From Limnochordia bacterium (GTDB taxonomy: Bacteria > Bacillota > Limnochordia > Darwinibacteriales > DTU012), in NCBI GenBank assembly GCA_007116145.1, contig SKJB01000015.1:22101-86100 (forward strand): DNA of 64,000 nucleotides. The letters run 5' to 3'. Every line of letters begins with the position of its first letter. The stretch's first letter is position 1. The notes beneath the pieces were generated by a model. It did no database searches. It was not told the DNA's origin and worked only from the letters and a program-made list of their open reading frames with translations. The position numbers and the translations under genes were made by a program. Positions 49,067 to 57,932 of the stretch are shown piece by piece.

Positions 49067-50041
49067 ATGCTAGTGTTTATTTTTGATGCCCATAACGATA
49101 CTCTGTTAAAATTGTTGGAAACTTCAGTGGAAGAAAGAGATTTTATGTCTAATGCTGGCCGTCATGTAAGTCTGAGTAAGGTGCAACAGGCAGGCATAAG
49201 TGCACAGATATTTGCCATATTCGTACCGCCTCAGTCAAAAGCCGGACTAACTCTACATACAGCACTAAAAATGGTTGAGATCTTCTGGGAAACAGTGGAA
49301 GCATATCCAGATTCTCTAGGAGTTGTGCAAAGTAGTGAGGACTTCGAACATCTTATGACAACGGGAAAAATTGCATGTATGCTATCACTAGAAGGGGGAG
49401 ATCCTCTGCTAGGTGAGCTTTCTCATCTTCGACTATTTTACCGGTTAGGAGTGCGGGCCTTAACGCTAACCTGGAACCATCGCAACGAGCTTGCAGATGG
49501 TGTGGGGGAGGGTCGCACTGCCCTAGGCATAAGCAGATTTGGGCGTCTAGTGATTCATGAAATGAATCACTTAGGTATGATAATCGATGTATCTCATCTC
49601 GCAGAGAAAGGTTTTTGGGATGTATTAACCCTCTCCGAAGATCCCGTTATGGCCTCTCATTCAAATGCACGCAGCTTATGTAACCATCCTCGTAACTTAT
49701 CAGACGCTCAAATAAGAGCCATCGCAAATAAAGGCGGTGTAATAGGAGTTAATTTCTATCCAGGTTTCCTCTGCGCTCAAAGCAATGGGGATGCTTCCAT
49801 TGATATGGTCGTTGAGCAGATTAGCTATCTGCTTAAAATCGGAGGCTGTGATTGTGTCGGACTTGGATCAGATTTTGATGGTATTGCATCCACCCCTCTA
49901 GGTCTAGAGGATATAGCAACAGTACCAAGACTTATCCCCAAGTTGGTAGCTAAGGGCTATAGTGAAGCTGTTGTCGAAAAAGTGATGGGAAAGAATTTCC
50001 TGCGATTGGTAAAGAGTGTATTACACTTTAGGGCATACTAA
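49067..50041 (+). CDS. Membrane dipeptidase (peptidase family M19)
   Basis: FDAHNDTLL, LTWNHRNELADG, IDVSHL, ASHSNAR and GSDFDG. ATG 49067 follows GAGGGAGAG. The ORF track start at 49025 lies inside the spoVS terminator. Confidence 0.9.
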   Translation: MLVFIFDAHNDTLLKLLETSVEERDFMSNAGRHVSLSKVQQAGISAQIFAIFVPPQSKAGLTLHTALKMVEIFWETVEAYPDSLGVVQSSEDFEHLMTTGKIACMLSLEGGDPLLGELSHLRLFYRLGVRALTLTWNHRNELADGVGEGRTALGISRFGRLVIHEMNHLGMIIDVSHLAEKGFWDVLTLSEDPVMASHSNARSLCNHPRNLSDAQIRAIANKGGVIGVNFYPGFLCAQSNGDASIDMVVEQISYLLKIGGCDCVGLGSDFDGIASTPLGLEDIATVPRLIPKLVAKGYSEAVVEKVMGKNFLRLVKSVLHFRAY

Positions 50042-50070
50042 GGTTATTAACAAGACAAAGGAGGCCTAGT

Positions 50071-50283
50071 ATGACAGTGGTCAAAGTTGTTGAACTAGTG
50101 GGAGAATCGCAGAAAAGTTGGGATGATGCGGTGCAGTGTGCAATGCGGGAAGCTGCAAAGAGTATTCGCCATATCAATGGTGTAGAGGTTTTAAACTGGA
50201 CTGGGGATGTAAACGATGGTGGTGAGATTGTAAAGTATAAAGCCGATATCCAAATAGCCTTTAGAGTAGAACCAGAAGAATAA
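50071..50283 (+). CDS. Dodecin family flavin-binding protein
   Basis: 70 aa. VVKVVELVGESQKSWDDAV...A.KSIRHINGVEV...YKADIQIAFRVE matches the bacterial dodecin pattern. Confidence 0.8.
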   Translation: MTVVKVVELVGESQKSWDDAVQCAMREAAKSIRHINGVEVLNWTGDVNDGGEIVKYKADIQIAFRVEPEE

Positions 50284-50284
50284 C

Positions 50285-50317
50285 AAAAAAAGATCCGGGA
50301 TAACCGGGTCTTTTTTT
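50285..50317. terminator. Terminator after the dodecin gene (A-run/stem/T-run)
   Basis: AAAAAAAGATCCGG-gataa-CCGGGTCTTTTTTT. Confidence 0.85.
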
Positions 50318-50360
50318 GGCAATACTAGCACCGTTAACAAATTCAAAATGAGGTGATTCC

Positions 50361-50693
50361 ATGGAGTGGTTAGGTACAGTAGTACGCTTTGTTGTATCTG
50401 CTGTGGTATTAATGATTGTGGGTTTTATTGTTCCCGGATTTCGCATGCTCGGCTTTTTTAACGCTTTGTTAGCAGCAGTCGTCATTGCCGCGATCGGTTG
50501 GGTAATTGAAGCGACCCTTGGAAAGAAAGTTTCTCCCTATTCGCGAGGAATTGTCGGTTTTCTTGTCTCAGCAATTGTGATCTGGACTGCACAGTTTATT
50601 GTTCCGGGATTGGCTGTTTCCTTTATTGGAGCCTTAATGGCAGCTTTTGCCATAGGCATCATTGATATGTTTGTTCCGACAACTGTACGATAA
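50361..50693 (+). CDS. Four-TM membrane protein of the phage holin 4_2 (YvlD-like) family
   Basis: 110 aa with two internal repeats, each ending in a (I/V)VPGF/L motif. This resembles the PF04020-type pattern, recalled from memory. Confidence 0.6.
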   Translation: MEWLGTVVRFVVSAVVLMIVGFIVPGFRMLGFFNALLAAVVIAAIGWVIEATLGKKVSPYSRGIVGFLVSAIVIWTAQFIVPGLAVSFIGALMAAFAIGIIDMFVPTTVR

Positions 50694-50714
50694 AGCGCCT
50701 CCTCGGCGCTTTTA
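50693..50714 (+). terminator. Short terminator hairpin
   Basis: AAGCGCC-tcctc-GGCGCTTTT, immediately after the stop codon. Confidence 0.7.
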
Positions 50715-50738
50715 AAAAAATTTCAAGGGGAGATCCCA

Positions 50739-51302
50739 ATGGAAACCCACGAGGTGATCGTTGTGACAGATGGCGATCCTATAGCATGTGAAGCGGTTAA
50801 AGTAGCAGCAGCGGACTTGGGGCTTCATGTCATAGCAGCATCAGGTGGTCATCCCACCAAACTTACTGGGCAAGAAATTGCTAAACTAGTAACTACTGCA
50901 GATACGAGTCCAGTTGTCGTTATGCTCGATGATCGAGGCGATCAGTTACGCGGTAACGGAGAAACTGCTCTTGTCGAATTAATCCGTTGCGAGCAAATTA
51001 CAGTTATTGGTGCTGTTGCTGTGGCCTCTGGCACAAAATTAGTACAGGGTGTCCATGTCGACGTCTCCGTTAATAAAGACGGGCAAATGGTTCGAGAACC
51101 CGTGGATAAAAACGGACGAGTTATTACGAAGAAAAATGCCCTACTACGAGGGGACACAGTTGATGTTTTGGATACACTGGATATTCCAATTATCGTTGGT
51201 TTAGGCGATCCCGGAAAACAGCATCACCATGATGATGTGCGCCTAGGTGCACCGTTGACGAAAATGGCACTAAACGAAATTCTAAAGAGGAGTCACAGGT
51301 AA
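50739..51302 (+). CDS. spoVAEA: Stage V sporulation protein AE, soluble Toprim-like part (SpoVAEA-like)
   Basis: VIVVTDGD, HPTKLTG, GETAL, VIGAVAVASGT, GDTVDVLD and IIVGLGDPGK fit my recollection of B. subtilis SpoVAEA. It lies directly upstream of a spoVAF-like gene. Confidence 0.7.
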   Translation: METHEVIVVTDGDPIACEAVKVAAADLGLHVIAASGGHPTKLTGQEIAKLVTTADTSPVVVMLDDRGDQLRGNGETALVELIRCEQITVIGAVAVASGTKLVQGVHVDVSVNKDGQMVREPVDKNGRVITKKNALLRGDTVDVLDTLDIPIIVGLGDPGKQHHHDDVRLGAPLTKMALNEILKRSHR

Positions 51303-52756
51303 TGGGTAAGTTGCATAAGAAGCTTAAAGAAAATCTAGCAATTATACGCAAAAGAGTAGGTTATGGAGTTTCGTTTGATATTGCGATCCGAGAATTCAAA
51401 GCGGGAGATCGCAATGCTGCCTTAGTTTTTATTGACGGATTTATCAAGGATATCGAAACGATTGAGATTATGAAGAGCTTGATGGCCATTCCTAAAGGTG
51501 GATTAGCGGTAAACGCAACTCGGCATATTCTTGATGATCATCTACCTTTCTTTGAAATAGAAACCAGTGATGATTTGGATGCAGCTCTTGATGATCTACT
51601 CGCGGGACCGATGTTATTACTCATCGATGGGTTAGAGGATCTTTTTATCATTGATGTCCGTGAATATCCCATCCGCGGTATAGAGGAGCCAGATTTAGAG
51701 CGAGTTACTCGGGGGGCGCGTGAAGGGTTTGTGGAAACCGCTGTATTTAATACACTAATGGTTAGACGTAAAATTCGTGATGCGAACCTGCGTTTTGAAC
51801 CGTTGAGAATTGGAACACGCTCAAAAACGGACGTATTCATTGGTTATATTAGTGATATTGCTGATCCTGACTTAGTCGAGGAAGTAAAAGAGCGGATTGG
51901 CTCAATTACTCGCGATGCTTTTACCATGGGGGGCAAGAACATTGAGGAATATATTCTTGGTACTTCGTTTAATCCGTTGCCGGTAGCACGCTATACAGAA
52001 CGACCTGATGTGGTAGCTGCTCATCTGTACGAAGGGCATATTGCAATTTTTGTCGACACCACACCTTTTGCTCTCATAGTTCCGGTTACAGCATGGCATT
52101 TTACCCAGCATGCCGAGGAATATTTTCAAAGTCCTCCTGTGGGAACTTATTTGCGCTGGGTTCGTACGTTTGGGATCTTTCTATCTCTGTTTCTTATTCC
52201 TCTATGGTTTGCTCTCGTACATACACCAAATTTGCCAGACTTTTTGGATTTTATTGGAGCGAAGGATGTTGGCAGTGTTCCTTTGTGGATACAATTTCTA
52301 TTGCTGGAAATCGGTCTAGACATGATCAGGATGGCATTGATTCATACACCAAATTCCTTAGCAACTTCCCTGGGTATTGTGGGAGCCATTCTTCTTGGAG
52401 ATTTGGCTGTGAGTGTCGGATTGTTTGCGCCTGAACCGATTCTTTATATTGCTATTGTTGCCATTGGTACCTTTGGTACTCCTAGTTTAGAGTTTGCATT
52501 GGCTCTTCGCCTATTTCGTTACCTCATATTTCTTGGTACAGTGTTATTTGGTTGGTTGGGATTTGCTGCTACGGTATTGCTAACCACATTGATTTTTGGT
52601 TTAACAAAATCCTTTGGTGTTCCCTATCTATGGCCGTTGATACCTTTCGAAGGACATTCGTTGCTGCGGATCATCTTTCGTTATCCAATTCCCAATGTTC
52701 AAACCCGTCCAAAAATAACGAATCCTAAGGATAAATACGCCAAACCACCGAAATAA
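51302..52756 (+). CDS. spoVAF: SpoVAF / GerA-family A-subunit-like spore membrane protein
   Basis: GerA-type soluble N-terminal domain (DIAIREFKAGDRNAALVFIDGF...), then five or more TM segments. It overlaps the SpoVAEA-like gene by 1 nt. Confidence 0.85.
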   Translation: MGKLHKKLKENLAIIRKRVGYGVSFDIAIREFKAGDRNAALVFIDGFIKDIETIEIMKSLMAIPKGGLAVNATRHILDDHLPFFEIETSDDLDAALDDLLAGPMLLLIDGLEDLFIIDVREYPIRGIEEPDLERVTRGAREGFVETAVFNTLMVRRKIRDANLRFEPLRIGTRSKTDVFIGYISDIADPDLVEEVKERIGSITRDAFTMGGKNIEEYILGTSFNPLPVARYTERPDVVAAHLYEGHIAIFVDTTPFALIVPVTAWHFTQHAEEYFQSPPVGTYLRWVRTFGIFLSLFLIPLWFALVHTPNLPDFLDFIGAKDVGSVPLWIQFLLLEIGLDMIRMALIHTPNSLATSLGIVGAILLGDLAVSVGLFAPEPILYIAIVAIGTFGTPSLEFALALRLFRYLIFLGTVLFGWLGFAATVLLTTLIFGLTKSFGVPYLWPLIPFEGHSLLRIIFRYPIPNVQTRPKITNPKDKYAKPPK

Positions 52757-52780
52757 TCCAGATTCAGGGAGTGATGTACA

Positions 52781-53755
52781 GTGAGAATTGGAATTCCTAG
52801 AGCGCTGTATTATTATAATTACAGCCCTTTTTGGATCAGATTTTGGGAAACTCTCGGATGCGAGGTGGTGCTTTCGTCGGAATCATCGAAATCGATTATG
52901 GACTGGGGCGTTGCCCATGCTGTGGATGGTACCTGTTTACCAGTAAAAGTCTATTATGGACATGTCTACGACTTAGTGACAAAAAACGTTGACTATATCT
53001 TTGTTCCGCAATTAATTAGTGTTTGGAAAAAGGAGTACATCTGCCCAAAGTTTATGGGGCTTCCCGACATGGTCAGATGGAATATTCCAAACGCTCCACC
53101 TATTTTAGCACCCGTGATCGATGGACGAAAAAGTGGGTATCAAATTTTTTGCGCATATATTGATCTAGGGCGCAAATTTGCCCCATTGTATAAGGTATTA
53201 CAGGCTTATAGAAATGGACTGCAAGCGCAGCATCAATTCGAAGAATCTCTTGCACAAGGAGTTCCTTTACCTACGCTATTGCAGGGAGAAAAGTGCCAAG
53301 CTTCTAATACACCTAGATTAAAACTGGGTTTATTAGGTCACGAATACTTAATATACGACAAGATGATTAGCATGGGAGTGTTCCATTACCTGCAAGCGCA
53401 TAATTGTCAAGTACTAACATCGGAACAAATAAAGACAAGCATTATATTTCAACATAGTTCAAAACTACCCAAACGGATGTTTTGGACTTCTGGTCGGCAA
53501 ATTCTTGGAGCCGCAGGGCACTTATGCAACCAAGTCGATGGGTTAATCTCACTTGTTGCTTTTGGTTGTGGAACAGATTCATTAACAACGGACTTAGTCC
53601 AACGCTATAGTAGACGTCAGGATATACCTCACCTTCTCCTAAGCTTAGATGAACATACTGGCGAAGCAGGATTAATAACTCGTTTAGAAGCCTTCATTGA
53701 TATGTTAGAGAGGAGGATTCTTAGTGAAATTGACAGTTCCGCACATGGGGAATAG
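52781..53755 (+). CDS. Acyl-CoA dehydratase activase-related protein (DUF2229 / HgdA/B-like component, subunit 1)
   Basis: The MRIGIPRALYYYNYSPFW N-terminus is typical of the DUF2229 part of the large 'CoA-substrate-specific enzyme activase' fusion proteins. Conserved motifs: CLPVK, CPKF, GCGTDS and DEHTGEAG..TRLEAF. Confidence 0.8.
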   Translation: MRIGIPRALYYYNYSPFWIRFWETLGCEVVLSSESSKSIMDWGVAHAVDGTCLPVKVYYGHVYDLVTKNVDYIFVPQLISVWKKEYICPKFMGLPDMVRWNIPNAPPILAPVIDGRKSGYQIFCAYIDLGRKFAPLYKVLQAYRNGLQAQHQFEESLAQGVPLPTLLQGEKCQASNTPRLKLGLLGHEYLIYDKMISMGVFHYLQAHNCQVLTSEQIKTSIIFQHSSKLPKRMFWTSGRQILGAAGHLCNQVDGLISLVAFGCGTDSLTTDLVQRYSRRQDIPHLLLSLDEHTGEAGLITRLEAFIDMLERRILSEIDSSAHGE

Positions 53756-54821
53756 CTATATTGCACTAGAAGCACTGCTACTTGAAATGGGTCATGAAGT
53801 GGTCGTACCTCCTGCCTCTACGAAAAAAACGCTAAATCTTGGTACGAAATATAGCCCAGAATCAGCCTGTCTACCCTTGAAAATAAATATTGGAAACTTT
53901 CTTGAAGCCATTGAATTAGGTGCGGAAGGTATTATTATGGCTGGAGGATCAGGACCTTGTCGATTTGGGTATTACGCCCAAGTGCAACGGGAAATCCTTA
54001 AGGATTTAGGACACGAGGCAGAAGTCATTGTGCTAGAACCACCAAACGAAAATTTCGCACAATTACGTTTGCAGATCCAACGACTGTTTGCTCTTAAAGG
54101 GATGCGATCGTTCTGGCGTGGTTTACAGCTTGCTTGGGAAAAAATTCAAGCAGTAGAAGAACTAGAATCTGTAGCACACTATACACGTCCACGTGAAATA
54201 GTTACTGGTAATACGTCACACCTTCTAGCAAATAGCTTGGCTCAACTGCGCAAAGCAAGTAGTGTTTTGGATATTCGTCGTACGTTGCAAATTAATCGGG
54301 ACGCTATGTTGGAGATGGCCATAAATGAAACAAAACCACTACGTATCGGAATCGTTGGCGAAATTTATACGGTATTAGAACCCTTTGTAAACCTGGATCT
54401 TGAGGAGCGTTTAGGTCATCTGGGTGTTGAGGTTAACCGAACAGTTAATCTAGTGGAGTGGATTCGGGATCATTTGGTGTTAAGTTCACTACGCTTATAT
54501 AAAAATGACCATCTACGTAAGTTGGCCCATGGATATTTGCGTGGTTTTGTGGGTGGACATGGACTAGAGTCCGTAGCACACACAGTGATGTTAGCGCAAC
54601 AAAAATTTGATGGGGTTATCCATATCCTACCTTTTACGTGCATGCCAGAGATTGTGGCACAAAGTGTGTTGCGTCATGTAAGTGCTGATTATCATATTCC
54701 GATCTTGTCTTTAGTCGTGGACGAACATACTGGCGAGACGGGTTTTCAAACAAGATTAGAAGCATTTGTCGATCTGATAGGACAGAAAACGGAGGCGTCA
54801 CTCAATGTTGAGGCAAAATAG
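53724..54821 (+). CDS. 2-hydroxyacyl-CoA dehydratase D-component-like protein (subunit 2, paralog of subunit 1)
   Basis: Exactly three Cys residues in conserved contexts (ACLPLK, GPCRFGYY, FTCMPE), plus DEHTGETG..TRLEAF as in the upstream paralog. GTG start with a GAGGAGG SD. Confidence 0.8.
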   Translation: MKLTVPHMGNSYIALEALLLEMGHEVVVPPASTKKTLNLGTKYSPESACLPLKINIGNFLEAIELGAEGIIMAGGSGPCRFGYYAQVQREILKDLGHEAEVIVLEPPNENFAQLRLQIQRLFALKGMRSFWRGLQLAWEKIQAVEELESVAHYTRPREIVTGNTSHLLANSLAQLRKASSVLDIRRTLQINRDAMLEMAINETKPLRIGIVGEIYTVLEPFVNLDLEERLGHLGVEVNRTVNLVEWIRDHLVLSSLRLYKNDHLRKLAHGYLRGFVGGHGLESVAHTVMLAQQKFDGVIHILPFTCMPEIVAQSVLRHVSADYHIPILSLVVDEHTGETGFQTRLEAFVDLIGQKTEASLNVEAK

Positions 54822-55797
54822 ACAAGTATATCTTGGTGTTGATGTGGGATCGGTTAGTACAAATGTTGCTGTTATTGATGCTGATACAACAGAGGTCGTT
54901 CACAAATTATATCTGCGAACGCAAGGACAACCGATCAAAACAATCCAGCAAGGGATGGTGCAATTACAGGCAGCAGGTGAATGGGATATAAAAGGAGTTG
55001 GGACCACAGGGAGTGCAAGGCAGTTAGCAGGTGTAATGCTTGGATCCGATGTGATCAAGAACGAGATAACCGCTCATGCTGTGGCTGCGACCCATGAAAT
55101 TCCAAGTGTACGTACAATCTTGGAAATTGGGGGACAAGACTCAAAAATCATGATACTCCAGGATGGTGTTGTTACTGATTTTGCGATGAATACGGTATGT
55201 GCTGCTGGAACAGGCTCATTTTTAGATCAACAAGCAGCGCGATTAAACATTCCAATTGCTGAATTTGGCGATATCGCACTCAAAAGCGAAAACCCTGTGC
55301 GCATTGCTGGGCGATGCACCGTATTCGCTGAGTCTGATATGATTCATAAGCAACAGTTAGGTCATAGTCTTGCCGACATTCTCGCCGGATTATGTCGAGC
55401 GATGGTTCGCAACTATATAAACAATATTGGTAAGGGCAAGAGTATTGGCGGACCAGTAGTCTTTCAAGGCGGTGTAGCTGCTAATTTAGGAATGCGAAGA
55501 GCATTTAGTGACGCTCTAGATTTGGAGATACATGTTCCGGAACACTTCAATGTAATGGGTGCGATTGGTGCAGCGCTGCTTAGCCGCGAGTTCATAATTA
55601 GGGGAAATGAAACAAAATTTTTAGGCTTTGCGGTTACAGACAGTACTTATACCACCGTTGGCCTTGAGTGCCAGGAGTGCTCAAACCACTGCGAAGTAGT
55701 TAATATCTTAAGAGATAGTGAAGCAATTGCGGTTTGGGGTTGTCGTTGTGGAAAGTTTAATCTCAAACGAGAGGTTACATCGCATATTGCTATTTAA
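54805..55797 (+). CDS. BadF/BadG/BcrA/BcrD (HgdC-type) ATPase, putative electron-transfer activator, with a C-terminal Cys-rich domain
   Basis: ASKHA-fold phosphate loop GVDVGSVSTN. Cluster-bridging Cys contexts NTVCAAGTGSF and GRCTVFAESD. C-terminal CQECSNHC...GCRCG motif. Confidence 0.88.
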   Translation: MLRQNRQVYLGVDVGSVSTNVAVIDADTTEVVHKLYLRTQGQPIKTIQQGMVQLQAAGEWDIKGVGTTGSARQLAGVMLGSDVIKNEITAHAVAATHEIPSVRTILEIGGQDSKIMILQDGVVTDFAMNTVCAAGTGSFLDQQAARLNIPIAEFGDIALKSENPVRIAGRCTVFAESDMIHKQQLGHSLADILAGLCRAMVRNYINNIGKGKSIGGPVVFQGGVAANLGMRRAFSDALDLEIHVPEHFNVMGAIGAALLSREFIIRGNETKFLGFAVTDSTYTTVGLECQECSNHCEVVNILRDSEAIAVWGCRCGKFNLKREVTSHIAI

Positions 55798-55824
55798 TAT
55801 TCATTGTGCTAAACTATTACTGTT

Positions 55825-55845
55825 CCCCGCATTGGCGGGGTTTTT
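55825..55845 (+). terminator. Rho-independent terminator after the activase gene
   Basis: CCCCGC-attg-GCGGGG followed by TTTTT. Confidence 0.85.
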
Positions 55846-55877
55846 CATTGGGACTGAAAATATTGGAGGGAATATCA

Positions 55878-57197
55878 TTGCGAACAGGTACCATGGATAT
55901 TAATGCAGAGGGTCATCTGGAAATTGGTGGCTGTGACACTATCCGATTAGCGAAAGAATACGGAACACCACTATATATTTTGGACGAAGAAGCAGTGGTT
56001 CAAAATAGCCGGGAGTATCTGCAGTCACTACAGAGATTACCTCGTAGTCAAGTCGTTTATGCTGGTAAAGCGTTTTTAACCCTAGGAATGTGTCGCATAG
56101 TCGATAAGCTTGGTCTAGGCTTGGATGTGGTAAGTGGAGGAGAGCTCTATACGGCTCTACAAGCCGAGTTTCCAGCCGAACGGATCTATTTCCATGGCAA
56201 CAATAAATCGCTGTTTGAGCTTGAGTCAGCGATACAGGCAGGAGTTGGTCGTATTGTTGTTGACAATAGGTATGAGTTAGAACTATTATCGCAATTAGCG
56301 ATCAAACATCATACACAAGTTTCTGTTCTCTTGCGCGTTACACCAGGTGTAGAGGCTCATACGCACACCTATATTCAAACAGGACAAGAAGACTCCAAAT
56401 TTGGGGTTGGTTTGGCCAATGATGCCGCTCTCGCAATGTTAAAGTGTATTAAAGCACTACCAAATATTGATTTAAAGGGCGTTCATTGTCATATTGGTTC
56501 ACAGATTTTTGATATTAGCTGTTTTAAGATAGCGATTGATTTAATGTTCGATTTTATTGTGCAAGCCGCGCATCATGGCATTGTAGTAGATGAATTAGAC
56601 TTAGGGGGCGGATTAGGAATTCGTTATACTGAAGCTGATGATCCTGTGTCTATTACGAAGTTTGGCCACCTGTTAACAGAAACTGTACTAACAGCTTGCC
56701 AACAGCGCAGTTTAACCGTTCCTAAGATTATTATCGAGCCAGGTCGATCATTAGTAGGAGAAGCAGGAACAACAATTTACGAAGTCGGTGCGATTAAGGA
56801 TATACCTGGTATTCGCAAATATGCATCAGTGGACGGCGGTATGGGAGATAACCCACGTGTTGCATTATACCAGGCGCAATATCATGCTATTGTTGCTAAT
56901 AAACCAAACGAGACTGCTGATTTCGTCTATACCATTGCAGGTAAATGCTGTGAATCCGGAGATATGCTCATTCACGATGGGAAGCTCCCTTTTTTAGAGC
57001 CAGGAGATATATTAGCTATATTATCCACAGGAGCATACAATTACTCCATGGCTAGTAACTATAATTTAATACCTCGTTTGGCTGTTGTCACAGTCTACAA
57101 AGGTGAAAGTGAATTATTAGTCGAACGTGAATCCTATGCGGATCTCGTGCGGTTACAAAAAATACCGGATCGCTTGTGTAAAAAGTCCGTTTATTAA
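55878..57197 (+). CDS. lysA: Diaminopimelate decarboxylase
   Basis: GHLEIGGCD, GTPLYILDE, PLP Lys in YAGKAF, HCHIGSQ, GGGLGI, CESGD and GAYNYSMASNYN. TTG 55878 follows GGAGGG at a 7-nt spacing. The ORF track start at 55806 spans the upstream terminator. Confidence 0.95.
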   Translation: MRTGTMDINAEGHLEIGGCDTIRLAKEYGTPLYILDEEAVVQNSREYLQSLQRLPRSQVVYAGKAFLTLGMCRIVDKLGLGLDVVSGGELYTALQAEFPAERIYFHGNNKSLFELESAIQAGVGRIVVDNRYELELLSQLAIKHHTQVSVLLRVTPGVEAHTHTYIQTGQEDSKFGVGLANDAALAMLKCIKALPNIDLKGVHCHIGSQIFDISCFKIAIDLMFDFIVQAAHHGIVVDELDLGGGLGIRYTEADDPVSITKFGHLLTETVLTACQQRSLTVPKIIIEPGRSLVGEAGTTIYEVGAIKDIPGIRKYASVDGGMGDNPRVALYQAQYHAIVANKPNETADFVYTIAGKCCESGDMLIHDGKLPFLEPGDILAILSTGAYNYSMASNYNLIPRLAVVTVYKGESELLVERESYADLVRLQKIPDRLCKKSVY

Positions 57198-57211
57198 GTG
57201 GAGGTGTATTC

Positions 57212-57826
57212 ATGGGAATTGAGCAATTATTGTTTTCTATTCCTGCCGTTTTATTTGCCATTTCTGTGCATGAATTTGCCCATGGAATGGTCGCATATAG
57301 ACTTGGAGATCCGACGGCGAAATACCAAGGACGTCTGACGCTGAATCCCCTTGCTCATATGGACCCCATCGGTGCTTTGATGCTATTGATTTTTCGGTTT
57401 GGTTGGGCTAAACCAGTTATGGTTAACCCTAGGTATTTTGCAGATCCACGTAAGGGCATGATCTTTGTAGCTATCGCAGGGCCATTATCGAATATCACAC
57501 TAGCATGGATATTTTATCTGCTATTTCAGTTTCTGCCATCACTTATGCCAAGTTTTGCAGTAGCAAATACGTTAGCTATGTTCTTAGTTATCAATTTGCA
57601 ACTGAATCTTGGTTTAGCAGCTTTCAATTTATTACCCTTGCCACCACTTGATGGCTCTAAGGTTTTAGCTGGGATGCTTCCCGGTCGGTTAAGCTATCAA
57701 TATGAACAACTTGCTCAATTTGGTCCAATCTTATTAATATTACTACTGATGACAGGTAGTATCCAAATCATTTTAGGCCCAATCAGAGACTTTCTATTTT
57801 TCGTTATTACAGGATTTGGTCTATGA
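57212..57826 (+). CDS. Site-2 protease family (M50) membrane metalloprotease
   Basis: HEFAHG zinc motif and NLLPLPPLDGS. Confidence 0.88.
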   Translation: MGIEQLLFSIPAVLFAISVHEFAHGMVAYRLGDPTAKYQGRLTLNPLAHMDPIGALMLLIFRFGWAKPVMVNPRYFADPRKGMIFVAIAGPLSNITLAWIFYLLFQFLPSLMPSFAVANTLAMFLVINLQLNLGLAAFNLLPLPPLDGSKVLAGMLPGRLSYQYEQLAQFGPILLILLLMTGSIQIILGPIRDFLFFVITGFGL

Positions 57827-57932
57827 ATAGGGTGATATCTTTCAACTGGATTGAAACAGACAGGGTCGTTTCTCACTCAACTGATCGATATTGACAAAAA
57901 TTAGTTAGCTGATGCTAGAAATAGGTGGTGTA

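Noticed and set aside
52093-52434. Alternative-frame ORFs (113 aa and 69 aa) inside spoVAF
   Set aside because: They lie fully within the TM-rich part of a well-supported gene. They are hydrophobic frame-shifted shadows with no independent signals.
57891-57921. TTGACA...TGCTAGAAA as a sigma-A promoter for scpA
   Set aside because: The spacer is 19 nt, the -10 is poor, and the implied TSS would fall inside the scpA SD.
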